Shown here: positions 1-13,900 of the stretch, in pieces | Layout of the letters: every line of letters begins with the position of its first letter | How positions within the stretch are numbered: position 1 is the first letter of the stretch | Source of the DNA: Eledone cirrhosa | Taxonomy: Eukaryota | Direction: 5' to 3' | Length of the DNA stretch: 64,000 bases | NCBI GenBank assembly: GCA_964016885.1 | Contig: OZ024742.1 | Location: 161,696,001-161,760,000, forward strand | Translations under genes and position numbers: made by a program | Notes under the pieces: model-generated | What the model was told of the DNA's origin: nothing | The model's database searches: none | The model's input: only the letters and a program-made list of their open reading frames with translations

Positions 1-435
1 TATCCATGCCCAGGGAAGCAAGGCATTCAGAGTATGGTAGATGCCTGATGGAGGGTATTTGCTTGGTTGCACATCTCTGAACAGTTTCCAGGCGGTCAAT
101 GTTCTGAGCAAGATAGGAGTTCCAGACTGATGATGCAAATTCTAAGTGTGGCCGCACCATAGCTATGTACAGCTTTAAATAGATAGCTGGAGAGCGGCTG
201 ACAAAGGTCTTGCTGAGTGATGCTAAGACACCTTCGGCCTTCTTGACAATTTTAGAGACATGCTTCGTCCAATGCAAATCGCTGCTGACCGTAATGCCCA
301 GGTCACATTCACAAGAAGACTTCTTGATATTAGTGTTGTGGAGGGAGTATGTGGACTCTGGGTTTTTACTCCCAAAATACATGGTGGTGCACTTGTCCAC
401 AGCTAGCTTGAGTTGCCAGTCTGTGATCCATTGTA
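1..435 (-). mobile_element. CR1-clade LINE fragment (C-terminal part of RT ORF2), runs off the window start
   Basis: Reverse complement matches the ORF2 segment WQLKLAVDKCTT...RPHLEFASSVW...LASLGMD of the + strand copy at ~1725-2160. Confidence 0.9.
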
Positions 436-816
436 TATATGGAGAATGATTCTATTTGGAATTATCTGTTTTACAAAGTAATTATTTCAAGCAAATGAGG
501 GAGCTACTCTTTAGTTGCTAGACCTGCTAAAAATAGCAAGTGGATCTTCCTGAATACAGACACTACCATCTTAATTCTTAACGTCCTGTACCACATGAAC
601 CCACGTTAGCAAGAAATTCTTGAAAAGCATAAAAGAATCACTATACTACATCCCTTTAAAAAATGAAGTCTTTATTCTAATACTGTAAATTTTCACAACA
701 ATCTGTCCACACTTAGAAATACTATAAATATTTGAATTAACAAACCTTTTTTAGACATTTTATGCTAAATTATTACAAGGTCTTAAGAGTTAAAATGACA
801 AAATGTAAAAACACGA

Positions 817-2597
817 TCCCAAAGAATGCGCAGAACTCATTGCTGAGTGCTATGCAAGTATTTTTACTGTTGAAAACCAGAATGTACCATCTCCACCATC
901 TCTAACATCAAATTCCATAACAACTATGGAATTTACACCTGCAATGTTGCGACATTACCTTAAGAATAAGCGCAACTATGCCTCCCCTGGTCTTGATGGT
1001 GTTACATACCTGCTTCTCAAACGTGGCGGGTATTTCCTTTTGTGCCAGCTTTCTTTCTTCTTTCAATACTGTCTCAACAATGGTGCTACTCCGGAGCAGT
1101 GGAAAACTGCCAGTGTCATTCCCCTGTTCAAAAAGGGCAACCGCATGTCACCTGTCAACTATCGTCCAGTCAGTCTTACTAGCTGTATGGCCAAACTGAT
1201 GGAATCCTGTGTCAGAGAAACACTTTGGAACTTCTGGAGCTCTCACAGCCTCATCCGGCCCTCACAATTTGGATTTATCCCTAACTCCAGCTGCTGTGAT
1301 CAGCTTATCGAGTTCCTTGAAGACATCACCCGGATCACTGACAGCGGCTCATGGGTGGATGTTGTTTACCTTGACTTTGCTAAGGCTTTTAATTCTGTGC
1401 CACACAAAAGACTTATGGCAAAACTCTCTGCAATGGATGTGAGGGATGATCTTTTCAACTGGTTGAAATCCTTCATTCTCGGCTGAAAAGAAGTAGTCAC
1501 GGTTCTAGGACAGCATTCTTCACCATATGAGATGTCATCTGGTGTACCACAGGGATCTGTTCTTGGTCCCCTTTTGTTTGTGGCATATATTAATGACATA
1601 GATGCCAACTTACAGAATGCCACGGTACTGAAATATGCAGATGACATCAAGCTGTACCTTGAAATCAAGGGGACTGATCCTGAAATCTACAACTCTTTCC
1701 TACAATCAGACCTGGACACAATGCAGCAATGGGTCACAGACTGGCAACTGAAGCTGGCTGTCGACAAGTGTACCACCATGCATTTTGGGAGGAAAAATCC
1801 AGCGTCCACATACTCCCTCCACAACACTGATATCAAGAAGTCCTCTTGTGAACGTGACCTGGGCATTACTGTCAGCAGCGATTTGCGTTGGACAAAGCAT
1901 GTCTCTAAGATTGTCAAGAAGGCCGAAGGTGTCTTGGCATCACTCAGCAAGACCTTTGTTAGCCACTCTCCAGCCATCTATTTAAAACTGTATACAGCTA
2001 TGGTACGACCACACTTGGAATTCGCATCATCAGTCTGGAACCCCTATCTTTCTCAGAACATTGACCTCCTGGAAACTGTTCAGAGACGTGCAACCAAGCG
2101 CATACCCTCCATCAGACACCTACTATACTCTGAACGCCTTGCTTCCCTGGGCATGGATTCATTGAAGCTCCGACGTCTGGCAATGGACTTGGTAAATACC
2201 CACAAAGTTATTAACCATCTTGCCAATTGCAACCCTGAGCACCTTTTTGATCTCCATGTGTCTAACACACGTGGACATGCCTACAAAATCAGAAAACAGC
2301 ACACCTCCCATGACTTTCGTAAACATTTTTTCACACTCAGAGTTGCTGAAGCATGGAACAAACTGCCTGCGTCAGTTGTTAGCTGCCGAGACACTGCATC
2401 CTTTAAGACACTCATGCTTGCCGAAATACGCCAAAACTACACCTGATGTACCCCTTCCATACACATGCACACATGTGTGTATCATGACTCATGCACTGTT
2501 CATGTTCATTTTCCTGATGCTTGTACATTACCCTATGTACTATACATACACTTTTTGATGAGTTGTAGTGCACCTGAGCACTGTACACAATATTTCA
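817..2597 (+). mobile_element. 5'-truncated CR1-clade LINE (RT domain and 3' UTR), one in-frame stop
   Basis: ORFs 926..1486 and 1532..2446 are in the same frame, split by TGA at 1484-1486 (CGA in sister copies). Motifs: NYRPVSLTS, QFGF, YLDFAKAF, GVPQGSVLGP, KYADD, TRGH, FFTLRV. The 3' end gttgtagtgcacctgagcac...acaat is shared with other copies. Confidence 0.95.
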
Positions 2598-2790
2598 TTG
2601 GCAGTATCGGTAGAGGGTTGGACGCCATGCTTTCCAGCATAGTTACGTCCCTTTACGATCTGATTTCAAATTCCGCCGAGGTTGACTTTGCCTTTCATCC
2701 TTACGGGGTCGATAAAATAAAGTACCAGTAATGCACTGGGTAATTGCTGGCCTTGTGCCTAAAGTAGAAACAATTATTATTATTATTATA
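2598..2790 (+). mobile_element. tRNA-derived SINE (Meta/MESC-like central domain, (ATT)n tail)
   Basis: A-box-like TGGCAGTATCGG, B-box-like TTCAAATTCC, core GAGGTTGACTTTGCCTTTCATCCTTACGGGGTCGATAAAATAAAGTACCAG, (ATT)n tail. More than ten related copies in the window. Confidence 0.9.
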
Positions 2791-3076
2791 ATATAATCAT
2801 GGATATATTCTTTGAAAATAAAAATAAAAGAAACATGATATAATGGCCACAACAGGAATACCTTTGATTTGAGGTTTACTGTTCAAGTCTGACCTGGAGC
2901 GAAACAACATAGGCCTAAATTTCTGTTGTTGGCACAAACATACATGAGAAAAAAAATCTTTTTAGTAAAGATCAATCCTAAAGACAGGGGAGACAACACT
3001 GGAATAATTTAAATTTAACTAGAATGGTGTGAGGCGTCCACACACACACGCGCGTGTATATATGTATATATATATG

Positions 3077-3119
<43 letters not shown>

Positions 3120-3162
3120 ATAAAACATTATACATATATGTGTGTGTGTATACAGTATATAT

Positions 3163-3595
3163 CATCATCATTATTTTTATGTCTGTTTTTCCACACTTGC
3201 ATGGGTTGGACAGGTCCTTTTCGGCACAAATCTCTCCACGTGTCGCATTCGTTCATTATCTCCAATCCTCTGTGAGTCTCAACGACTTGAGCTCAGCTCT
3301 CACTACCTCTGCCCAGGTCTTGCTTGGTCTGCTTTTACTGCAGTCTCCGTTCACTGAGATTTCCTGGCATTTCTTCACCCAGCGATCATCGTCCAAGCAT
3401 ATCACATATCCATACCAATGCAGTCTTCTCTCCTGTACACCACTTTGAATTCCTCTTAAACTCAGCTTCTCTCTCAGCTCACCCAACCTCTGCCTTTCTC
3501 TCACATTTACATTGAACATCCAGTGAAACAGGGTTGCTTCATTTCCCTCCAGTCTATGAATGTCCTCTGCAGTCACAGCCCATGTTTCACTACCA
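3163..3595 (-). mobile_element. RTE-clade LINE 3' fragment
   Basis: ORF 3256..3576 plus upstream GSETWAV codons: EDIHRLE..E...WM...RE...ELR...IQSGVQERRLHWYG...RPSKTW, a typical RTE C-terminus. Ends in (GAT)n on the minus strand. Confidence 0.85.
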
Positions 3596-4257
3596 TATAT
3601 ATATATATGTGTGTGTGTGGATTCCCAAAGTATATAAAGAGGTGACCACAGTGAAAAAAGTACTCAATACATTATGTATAGGAATATAGTTTTTATTATA
3701 GAAATTACTTCTACAGGACTAGAACTGTTTCATGAATAAAACTGTTCTAGTCCTATAGAAGTCATTTTTTAATAATAACAATAATAGTAATAATAATAAT
3801 AATAAACGGCCAAATCTCAGCCGTCGGGGTCCTGAATTTTATTAATATAATAAACATGCGCGGCCCAATATTCATAACAAGGGAAGTATGGGTTCTTTTT
3901 TATTAAATGTTTACATTTCATCTTCCCAGATAACAGAAAAGTTTAATAAACTAATTATTTCTTATCTGGGATGTATGCACAATAAAGATGCCACTATCTT
4001 CCTCTTCCTCCTCCTTCTCCTCATCATCATCATCACTCCTTCTTCTCCTCCTCCATATCATCATCATCATCATCCTCGCCAATACTGTTTAATGTCTTGT
4101 TTCCATGTTTGCTCATATGCTCCATTTTGGGCCTGGTTTTCTACAGCTAGATGCTTTTGCTATCATCAGGCATTTTTCAAGGTGATCTGGATGCATGTTG
4201 TGTGACCAGCATGGCAACATTCCTTAACACAGTGCTGTAGACAATCTTGTATACATA

Positions 4258-4455
4258 TGAAGTTCGGCTGAAAAGTTCATATGCTGACCAAGATACTCTC
4301 ATGGAATGACCAAACGAGATTTGTTTTTCAACATAATCCCCGGAAAGAAACAATGCAGTTATTAATAAGAAGAGTTGAAATTAATGCATGTAAGATTTCA
4401 CAGCTATAGCATTACTCCTTTACAGTCAGCTTAAGAACTTTTCAGCCTACCCTCA
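4258..4455. mobile_element. Mariner-type MITE, ~198 bp
   Basis: Imperfect terminal inverted repeats tgaagttcggctgaaaagttcatatgctgac / gtcagcttaagaacttttcagcctaccctca, flanked by TA on both sides. Confidence 0.75.
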
Positions 4456-4860
4456 TATATGCTGGCAAGACCATGTTATGAATAATACAATTCCTAATCA
4501 GACGAGACAGAGTGTTATTAAGGTTGATGTACTATATCGTTAGTGGGTACAGCATGGCTGAATGGTCAAGGAGTTTGTTTCCTCATCATTAGGTTCCAGG
4601 TTCAATCTCACTGCATGGAACCTTGGGAATGTATCAATAAAGTTGGTAGAGTTTGATATGATTGACAAAATCTCTTCACTGATGGTGCTGCAGCATGGCC
4701 AGCAGTCTAATTACTGAAACCAGTACAAGAATAAAAGAATAACTCCAAGGTGTCCATCTGCTGAGGATATTCAAATCTTATTGTTTTTTCTTAAGCTCTT
4801 TATGAATCTAGTTTCATTATTTATTCTTGTGCCTAACGTAGAAACAATTATTTATTCTGA

Positions 4861-5060
4861 TGTTGGATTAGCAATATCGGTAAGGGGTTGGACACCACGC
4901 TTTGCAACGTAGAGTTACGGCCCTTTACAGTTTGAGTTCAAATCCCACCGAGGTTAACTTTGCCTTTCATCCTTACGGGGTGGATAAAATAAAGTACCAG
5001 TAATGCACTGAGATAATTGCTGGCCTTGTGCCAAAAGTAGAAACAATTATTATTATTATT
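4861..5060 (+). mobile_element. tRNA-derived SINE copy
   Basis: Same family as 2598..2790 (GAGTTCAAATCCC B-box, core, (ATT)n tail). Confidence 0.9.
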
Positions 5061-5914
5061 TTAAGACTGCCTTGCTAATGTGGTTTCAAGTGGTACAGGA
5101 TGTTAAAAGTTAATTGATAAGTTACTTGGTTCTAGTTTAGTTAAAGTGGTCAATCTAGCAGATTCATTAGAGTGTTGAATATTTGTTTCGGGTCTCTTCG
5201 TTTTGAGTTCAAATCTTGCCAATGTCCACTTTACCTTCCATCATTTTGTGATTGACAAAGAAAATACCAGCTCAGTGCTGGTACAGCCATCTCTCCTTAC
5301 ACCTCTCTGCTCACAATTGCATGGGACCTAAATCATTAAATAATTGTGATTGGTGGTTGTTGTTATTGTAATTATCTTTTTTTCAAATCCACATGCAATC
5401 TATTTTTTAATGTGTTCCTATAAAATAGCCCTAAACCTAATTGAATTGATATTTTTAAATACTCTTGGGTTCCAAATAATAAGGGAAGGTGGAATAAGCA
5501 AGTGGGGTTGGAAGATCGGTAAATTTTCTAGGTTGTCTCCCTTGATTTAAAAAACCCACGGATTTAGTTGTTTAGTTTATATATTGAGACCCCAACACAT
5601 CCTATTTATTTTATAATGTATGGGATTTCTTGTTTTTTTTAATGCATAAAGAAAATTAATTGTCGCAGGAATGCTACCACTTAAAATAAAATTTCGCTGG
5701 AGATAGATTAGCAAAATTTAATATGTGGTGGGATGGAAATAAGAGCGGTGGTTTGGAAAAAATGTAAAACATAATAAGTGGGTGGTGGAGGTGGAGGAAC
5801 GATTATTCGAGACCCATGAGTATGCATTGTTGGGAATACTAAAGTAGATATTGGTTGAGTGTCAAGTCAGTAGAGTATCATACTAAATAGTTTGCAAGTT
5901 TTTAATGACATCAC

Positions 5915-6480
5915 CAGCAGTCTGGAACCCTATCTTGCTCAGAATATTGATCGCCTGGAAACTGTCCAGAGATAGGCAACCAAACGAATACTCTCCATCA
6001 GGCATCTACGATACTCCAAATGCCTTGCTTCCCTGGGCATGGATACATTAAAGCTCCAACGTCTGGCAACTGATTTGGTAGACACCCATCTTTCCAACAA
6101 CAACCCGGAGCACCTTTTTGAATTCCAAATGTCTAACACCCATGGACATGCTGACAAAATCAGATAACAGTACAGCTCCCATGACTTTTGGAAACATTTT
6201 TTCACACTCAGAGTTGCTGAAGCATGGAACAAACTACCTGCATCAGTTGTTAGCTATCAAGACACTCCCTTCTTCAATACTTCCATGCTTCCCAAAATTC
6301 ACCAACACTACACCTGATATTCCTCCTCCATACACACACGTACGTGTGTGTGTGTATATCATGACTCATACACTGTTCACTTTCCTGACATTTGTACATT
6401 ATTCTATGTACTATACGTGCACCTTTGATGAGTTGTAGTGCACCTGAGCACTATACACAATAATTTTCTTATTATTATTT
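5915..6480 (+). mobile_element. CR1-clade LINE 3' fragment, degenerate
   Basis: Homologous to ~2030-2597 (VWNPYLAQNIDRLE..., FFTLRVAEAWNKLP, 3' UTR and (ATT)n tail). Confidence 0.9.
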
Positions 6481-6664
6481 TCGTTCCATTATGTTCTAAG
6501 CTCAAATCCTGTCAGGTTTACCCTTCATCCTTTAGAAGTTAATAAAATAATACTTATAATAATAATAATGAAATTATTGTGTAAAGTGCTCAGGTGCACT
6601 ACAACTCGTCAATATAGTACATAGAATAATATACAAATGTCAGGGAAGTACATGTGTGTATGTG

Positions 6665-9385
6665 TTAGCTGTAGTGTTGTCGGATCTCAGGAAGCATGGA
6701 GGCCTTAAAGGATGCAGTGTCTCGACAGCTAACAACTGATGCAGGTAGTTTGTTCCATGCTTCAGCAACTCTGAGCGTGAAAAAATGTTTCTGAAAGTCA
6801 TGGGAACTGTGCTGTTTTCTTACTTTGTAGGCATGTCCACATGTGTTAGACACATGGAAATCGAAAAGGTACTCAGGGTTGTTGTTGGCAACATGGTTAA
6901 CAATTTTGTGGGTGTTTACCAAGTCAGTTGCCAGGGAAGCAAGGTGCTCAGAGTATGGTAGATGCCTGATGGAGGGTATTCGCTTGGTTGCACAGTTTCC
7001 AGGTGGTCAATGTCCTGAGCAAGATAGGGGTTCCAGACTGGTGATGCAAATTCTAAGTGTGGTCGCACCATAGCTGTATACAGCCTTAAATAGATATCTG
7101 GAGAGCGGCTGACAAAGGTCTTGCTGAGTGATGCTAAGACACCCTCGGCCCTCTTGACAATTTTAGAGACGTGCCTCGTCCAACGCAAATCGCTGCTGAC
7201 CGTAATGCCCAGGTCACGTTCACAGGAAGACTTCTTGATATTAGTGCTGTGGAGGGAGTATGTGGACGCTGGGTTTTTACTCCCAAAATGCATGGGCAGT
7301 CTGAGATCCATTGTTGCATTGTGTCCAGGTCAGACTGCAAGCAAGATCTATAGTGTTCAGGATCTGTCCTTTTTATCTCAAGGTACAGCTTGATGTCGTC
7401 TGCATACTTTAGTACTGTGGCATTCCTTAAGTTGGCATCTATGTCATTAATATATGCCACAAACAAAAGGGGGCCAAGAACAAATCCCTGTGGTACACCA
7501 GATGACATCTCATATGGTGAGGAATGCTGTCCCAGAACCGTGACTACCTCTCTTCGACTGAGAATGAAGGACTTCAACCAGTTAAAAAGATCATCCTTCA
7601 CACCCATTGCAGAGAGTTTTGCCATAAGCCTTTTGTGTGGCACAGAATTGAAGGCCTTCGCAAAGTCAAGGTAAACAACATCCACCCATGAGCCGCCATC
7701 AGTGATCCGGGTGATGTCCTCAAGAAACTCTATAAGTTGATCACAGCAGCTGGAGTTGGGGATAAATCCAAATTGTGAGGGCCGGATAAGACTGTGAGAG
7801 CTCCAGAAGTTCCAAAGTGTTTCTCTGACACAGGATTCCATCAGTTTGGCGATGCAACTAGTAAGACTGACTGGACGATAGTTCACAGGTGATGTGCGGT
7901 CACCCTTTTTGAACAGAGGAATGACACTGGCAGTTTTCCACTGTTCTGGAGTAGCACTGTTGTTCAGACAGAATTGGAAGAAGCGTGATAACTGGTGTAG
8001 AAGGAAGTACCCACCACGTTTAAGAAGCAGGTACGTAACATCATCAAGACCAGGAGAGGCATGGTTGCGTTTATTTTTTAGGTGACGTCGCAGCATTGCA
8101 GGTGTAAATTCCATGGTTGTAATAGAGTCCGGTGTGATAGGTGGTGGAGATGGTACACTCTGGTCTTCAATAGTGAAAATGCCTGCATAGCATTCAGCAA
8201 TGAGCTCTGCGCATTCCTTGGGGTCGTCAGTAACCTGGCTTGTGTGGGGATTGCAAAGAGGACTAACTGGAGAGTGAGGCCTCTGCTTTGAGTGAACATA
8301 CATGGTTCCATGCGCTGCTCAAATTGAAACACTGCCTTTTTTGTCACCTGTTTGAGGTGGTTGGACGATCTATTTCGCTTCTTCCTATTAATGTCTGATT
8401 TGTGAAGTTTGTACTCACGTTCAGCATTGCACCGTTCTTTTCTCGCAAGACGGACTTCTGCAGTCTTCCAAATTGTGCTTTTGGGATGTTTTTTCCGCTT
8501 ACGTGGCACCGATGCTGCACATGCTGTCCATATTGAGCTCAGGATGTTCTGGAGTACAGTGTTGACATCTCCAGAGTCGTAGAACTCAAGCCAGTTTGGC
8601 CGTTGCAACTCGGTGCAGTAACAGTTCCAGTCTGCTTTATTCCAGTCAAAGTGAGCAGTTTGGAGATGGTTGTGGTTCTTGTTACTGCCCATGAGGGATA
8701 GATTGGCAATGATCATAGCATGATCAGAGTCACCTAAAGGTTCCTCAGCAGTAACACTAATGACCGTTTCAGGAGTAGTGGTGAAGAGTAGGTCCAAAGT
8801 GTTGTCACCTCTCGTTGGGGAGGTGACTACCTGGGACCAACTCGAGTCCAGCACCAGCTCAAGGAAGTCATTTGCACTTGGCGGCCAACGAAAGGTCTCC
8901 CAGTCAATCTCAGGGTGATTGAAGTCACCTGCAATGAAAACATAAGTGGCTGTCTTCCTGGCAGCAGCTCTGAGGATATCACAAAGTTGAGTGTCCTGAT
9001 GGTAATTTGGGGGACGGTAAACGACTCCAAGTAGCAGTGTTGACATGGTCATACGTATATCGCAGAAAAAAACTTCCTGCTGTGATTGGTTCAAATCAGC
9101 ACAAGGAATTGCCGACAGATTTGACCGAACGTAGACCATTACACCACCACAACCACGATTAATACGGTCTTTACGAAACAGGTTGTAGTCAGTCATGCTG
9201 AAAACCCCATCACAGAGTAAGGGATATGCCCAAGTTTCCGTGACTGTAATGAAGTCCGGGTTGATACTTTTGACGTAGGAGTCAAAAAGATGAATCTTAT
9301 TGCATAGACTACGTGCATTCAAGGACAACAATTTGTACTTTGATTCCAGTCTATGATTATGTGCAGGGGATGGCAGGTTGTTCTG
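6665..9385 (-). pseudogene. LINE ORF2 (apurinic-type endonuclease + reverse transcriptase), broken by frameshifting deletions
   Basis: EN motifs LSLNARSL, VTETW, GVVYRPP, GDFN, PTRGDNTLDL, SDH (ORF 8078..9331). RT motifs YRPVSLTS, LDFAKAF, GVPQG, YADD (ORF 7134..8303). Frameshifting deletions near 8305, 7296, 6990 and 6925. Confidence 0.93.
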
Positions 9386-10142
9386 ATTTAGTTTCCCAGA
9401 GTTTTTTCAGTTTCTTTATTGTCAGTTGTTGTGGGTACAGTGTTTTCAGACTAGCTGGTGTCTCTTTTCCATGATTCGCCAGCCTTAACAAACTTCCATA
9501 TCTGCCCATCATCTCGTAGGCTGAAGCTTTCATGTTCTGCCGAGCTGCGGTTTAGGGAAGCTGCAGCACGCAACTTTGGGCGGACATCAGGTGGAAGACC
9601 AGGACGTGTTCGGAAAGCAATCCGACTTTCACGCCTAGCTTTATCAGAGGCTACAAGGTATGAACGTGCCTCAGTTGAGTTTGAAAACGACAGTCTAATT
9701 AACCTGGGTTTTGGGCCTGGTCGGCCAAGGCGTAGAGCACCCTTTGCGGGAGCACAGCCCAGGTCTTTGGATGAACTGGCAGCAAATGCCTGAAGATCAA
9801 CTATGTCTTCCGGCACACCAATGGCAATCACTTTGTGGTTTGCAGATTCAGTGGCATTCTCAATGCGTCTATGTTCAACATGAGGTACGCGGAGATTTTT
9901 TAACAAGGCACTCCGGTAAGATCCCTCATTGTGGGGTTCTACACGAACGCTTGATTTTATTTCCGCTATTTCTTGACTTAAAGCGGAAATCATTTGCCGT
10001 ATTTCCTCAAACTCCGTATTGACGGTCAGTTTTTGTTGTTGTTCTTCTCCTTCAACAGGCATGGTAGAAGACACAGTCGTCGGTTGTTGTTGTTGAAAAG
10101 TAAGGGGTGAGGAAGACATGGGTTGCTGTTGTTGATGAAGTC

Positions 10143-10406
10143 TGTAGTGGCTGAGATGGTCGCTTGGTAGCTAGCAGTTGCCTCCCCTTAACAACCCTTC
10201 AGGGAAGGGAGGCAAAAATACACCCGGACACAGCCACAGGTTCACACACTCTTTTTGGACCACGGACATGAACAGACGTGGAAAGACCAGCTCCTCAAAA
10301 TATTGACGTTGTAGGAAATTTACTAAATTATTGCATTAAATAAAATGATTGTTAGACTTGATTGTGCATTTATTTATTCGACAAAGAGAAACATCACTTT
10401 TCTTTA
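10143..10406 (+). repeat. 5' LTR of the Gypsy element
   Basis: Starts TGTAGT, ends CTTTA, contains AATAAA; matches 14942-15205. Confidence 0.95.
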
Positions 10407-10407
10407 T

Positions 10408-10421
10408 TGGCGACCCTGACG
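10408..10421 (+). promoter_or_regulatory. Primer-binding site resembling the complement of the tRNA-Trp 3' end
   Basis: TGGCGACCCTGACG 1 nt after the LTR; the canonical Trp PBS is TGGTGACCCCGACG (two transitions). Confidence 0.75.
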
Positions 10422-10588
10422 ATAAAGAATGAAAACGCAGCCTATTGGAGTCCGAAATTCTTTTTAACGGCAATGTGGAATGGCTTAACATTTGGAATGT
10501 CCGAATCACTTAGCGTAAGTCCATAAAATTCATTATATTCCATTTGTTATAGCACGCATACAGACAAACACAAAAATACAACACACAA

Positions 10589-10623
<35 letters not shown>

Positions 10624-10946
10624 TTCTCTGGAAATAGAATTTTGCTTCCAACATTCTGTGGAAATTACAAATGGAGATATTTCGTTTTCCCGCGTTCAGC
10701 CTGTCTTCTCCAATCCCAGCCATCTGATTGGCTGCATCGTGCCTCATGACGGCTTCATCACGGACACATTTTTAAATCAGCCATCTTGGATTATCTGACC
10801 ATCAATTTTCATGGAAAATGATTTTTTTTTATTATTAAAATTTTCTTTGGAATAATTTTTCTTTAAAGAAAAAAATTACCAGCAATCAGCAGCAACACCT
10901 GGCTAACTATTGACCAACACCAAAAAGTCATCAAATACGTGGCACC

Positions 10947-13900
10947 ATGAGTCAACATCATTTGCCGTCCTTCGCAGGCGACATCAAGTTGTGGTTTGCG
11001 CAGCTGGAATGTTTCTTCGAATTGACGAGGACAAAGGAACAGCATAGGCTGAAGGTCCTGATCAATGGCCTACCTGTTTCCTTGGCATTCTCGGTGAGGG
11101 ACGTTGTGACGGATTTAGACGCCGACGTTACCTACGGCTCATTAAAAAAAGAAATCCTTCGCCGAAATACCAAGTCGGTAGAGAGCCGTTTTCGGGAGTT
11201 GTTGGACGATGCTCAAATGGGTGACAGGAAGCCGAGCTCCTATTTGCGACATTTGCGGGAGTTGAGCGACTCTCAGGGGATTGACACCCCCTTCATAAAG
11301 AAACTTTTTTTCTCACGCCTACCACCAAGTGCGCAAAGAATATTGGTCAATAGTTTAGAGAAGGATTCATTAGAGCAACTTGCCGCGTCCGCGGATAGGA
11401 TACTTGAGGTGGACTCGAACAGCAATCAGCATAATGCTTATGTGGCTTCAGCTTGCGTCCCTCCACGCAGTTCTTCTGTGGCCGACGGCGCGTCGCTGAG
11501 TATTTGGCCTGTCAGTTATCTCAAAAAAAGCCCAGCCGAAGCAGATATAAATCTACGAGCAGTCAACCACACGGCCATTCGAACGTATGGGCAAATTTCG
11601 CTTCCGCTTCGGTTAAAAAATTTGCGGCGTGATTTGAGGTGGAAGTTTACTGTCGCCGACTTGCCATACGCCATTTTGGGAGCGGATTTTCTCCACCATT
11701 TTTCCTTGTTGGTGGACATTCGCAGACAACGCCTTGTTGATTCTGAAGCAGGCCTTTCTTTCGAGGGTTCAGAGCCGGACGTCGCCACCGTCAGCTCTTC
11801 CTTTTTCTTGGCTGAAGTGGGCAACCAGTATCAAAGCCTGCTACATTCATTCCCTCAGTTGACGCAGGGAAAGTTAAGAATAACTAGCCCGGATCATGCG
11901 ATTGAACACTTCATATCCACTACAGGTCCACCTGTTTTCTCACGTCCTCGAAGATTGTCTACAGAGAAGTTGAAAGCTGCACGCCTTGAATTCGACCACA
12001 TGCTGGAATTGGGAATAATTCGGCGCTCCACAAGTCCTTGGGCATCGCCTCTGCATATGGTACCTAGATCTTCTGGGGATTGGAGACCGACGGGTGACTA
12101 CCGACGCTTAAACGCGATTACTGTGCCTGACCGTTATCCAATCCCGCATTTGCAGGATTTTGCGTTGTCATTGCAGGGTTGCAGAATCTTTTCTAAGCTT
12201 GATTTGATCCGAGCTTATAACCAAATTCCGGTTAACGAGGAGGATATCCCAAAGACTGCTATTGCCACTCCTTTCGGATCGTTCGAGTTCCTCACTATGC
12301 CTTTCGGCCTTAGAAACGCTGCAAGTACCTTCCAACGATTTATGGATGATATTACTCGGGGCCTGGATTTTGTGTACACGTATATCGACGACGTGTTGAT
12401 TGCTAGTTCTTCCCCTCAGCAGCATTCGAAGCATCTGGATCTCGTATTTCGACGTTTACAGAGATATAATGTTCGAATTAATGCTTCCAAGTGTGTTTTC
12501 GGCTCGACTTCACTAACATTTTTAGGCCATCTGATTGACGCCGACGGTATTCGACCTCTTCCTGAGAAGGTTAAGGCAGTATCGGATTTGCCTCCGCCAA
12601 GTTCACTGCGTCAATTGCGTCAATTCCCGGGCCTTGTAAATTTTTATAGGCGATTCGTACCTGGTTGTTCCAAATTGCTGTTCTCGTTGACAGAGATTTT
12701 TAAGGGTTGCCGGCGTAAGAATATGGACATTTCCTTAAATGAAACGCAGCTTGATGATTTTAAAAAAGTGAAAAAGGCGTTAGCGAACGCGTCTTTGCTC
12801 GTCCACCCAGTACCCAACGCCGAGCTATCGCTCTGTGTTGATGCTTCGGATAGCGCCGTGGGCGCAGTCTTACAGCAGAAGGGTGATGGGGTACAGCAAC
12901 CACTCGAGTTCTTTTCGAGGAAGTTAAAGCCTGCAGAAACTCGCTATAGCACCTTTGGAAGGGAGCTATTAGCAATTTATTTATCAGTGAAACATTTTGC
13001 TCATGTACTTGAAGGTAGAACATTCACCATTTTCACTGATCATAAACCCTTGACGTTTGCTCTTCGAACTAAGGCAGACAAATACTCGCCCAGAGAAACG
13101 AGACATCTGGACTTCATCTCACAGTTCACGAACGACATTCAACATATTCCGGGTTCTTTGAATACAGCGGCCGATGCGCTGTCTCGCCTGCCGATCGCAT
13201 CGATTTCGTCTTCCGAGGAGATAGATTTACATCGAATGGCAGCTGCCCAACCCACTCTCGAATCGTTGGATGTTACATCGCCAGAGTTTGTGCATTGCAA
13301 ACTGAAATACATTTCGATCTCAACTGCTGACGGACAGATACTGTGTGATGTTTCGTTGGACTCACCACGACCTCTAGTCCCAGTGGAACATCGACGAACT
13401 GCGTTTCTCGCTTTACATGGCATTTCTCACCCAGGAGTATCAGCCTCAGTAAAACTCATAACAGCCAGATTTTTCTGGCCTGGTATGAGACGTGACATTG
13501 CTGCTTGGTGTCGTTCCTGTGTCGCTTGCCAACAAGCGAAAGTTCATAGACATGTTAAGGCTCCTCTCGGAACCTTCACCTGCCCCGATGCAAGATTTCG
13601 TCACATTCATGTGGACATCGTCGGCCCGTGGCCGGTTAGTCGTGGTTTTTCGTATCTTTTGACGATAGTTGACCGTTTTTCGCGTTGGCCTGAAGCCGTC
13701 CCTATAACAGATATCACCGCCGAAACCACAGCCCGTACCCTCGTATCTTCGTGGATCGCTCGTTTCGGTGTACCAACCACCATAACAACGGATCGTGGTC
13801 GTCAATTCGAGTCTAACCTCTTCCGAGAGCTAACTCAAATCCTGGGGGCTACTCGAATAAGAACCACGGCTTACCACCCAGCCTCAAACGGAATGGTGGA

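Noticed and set aside
2598-2790. tRNA gene (A/B boxes)
   Set aside because: The boxes belong to a multicopy SINE with core, tail and TSDs; no proper cloverleaf.
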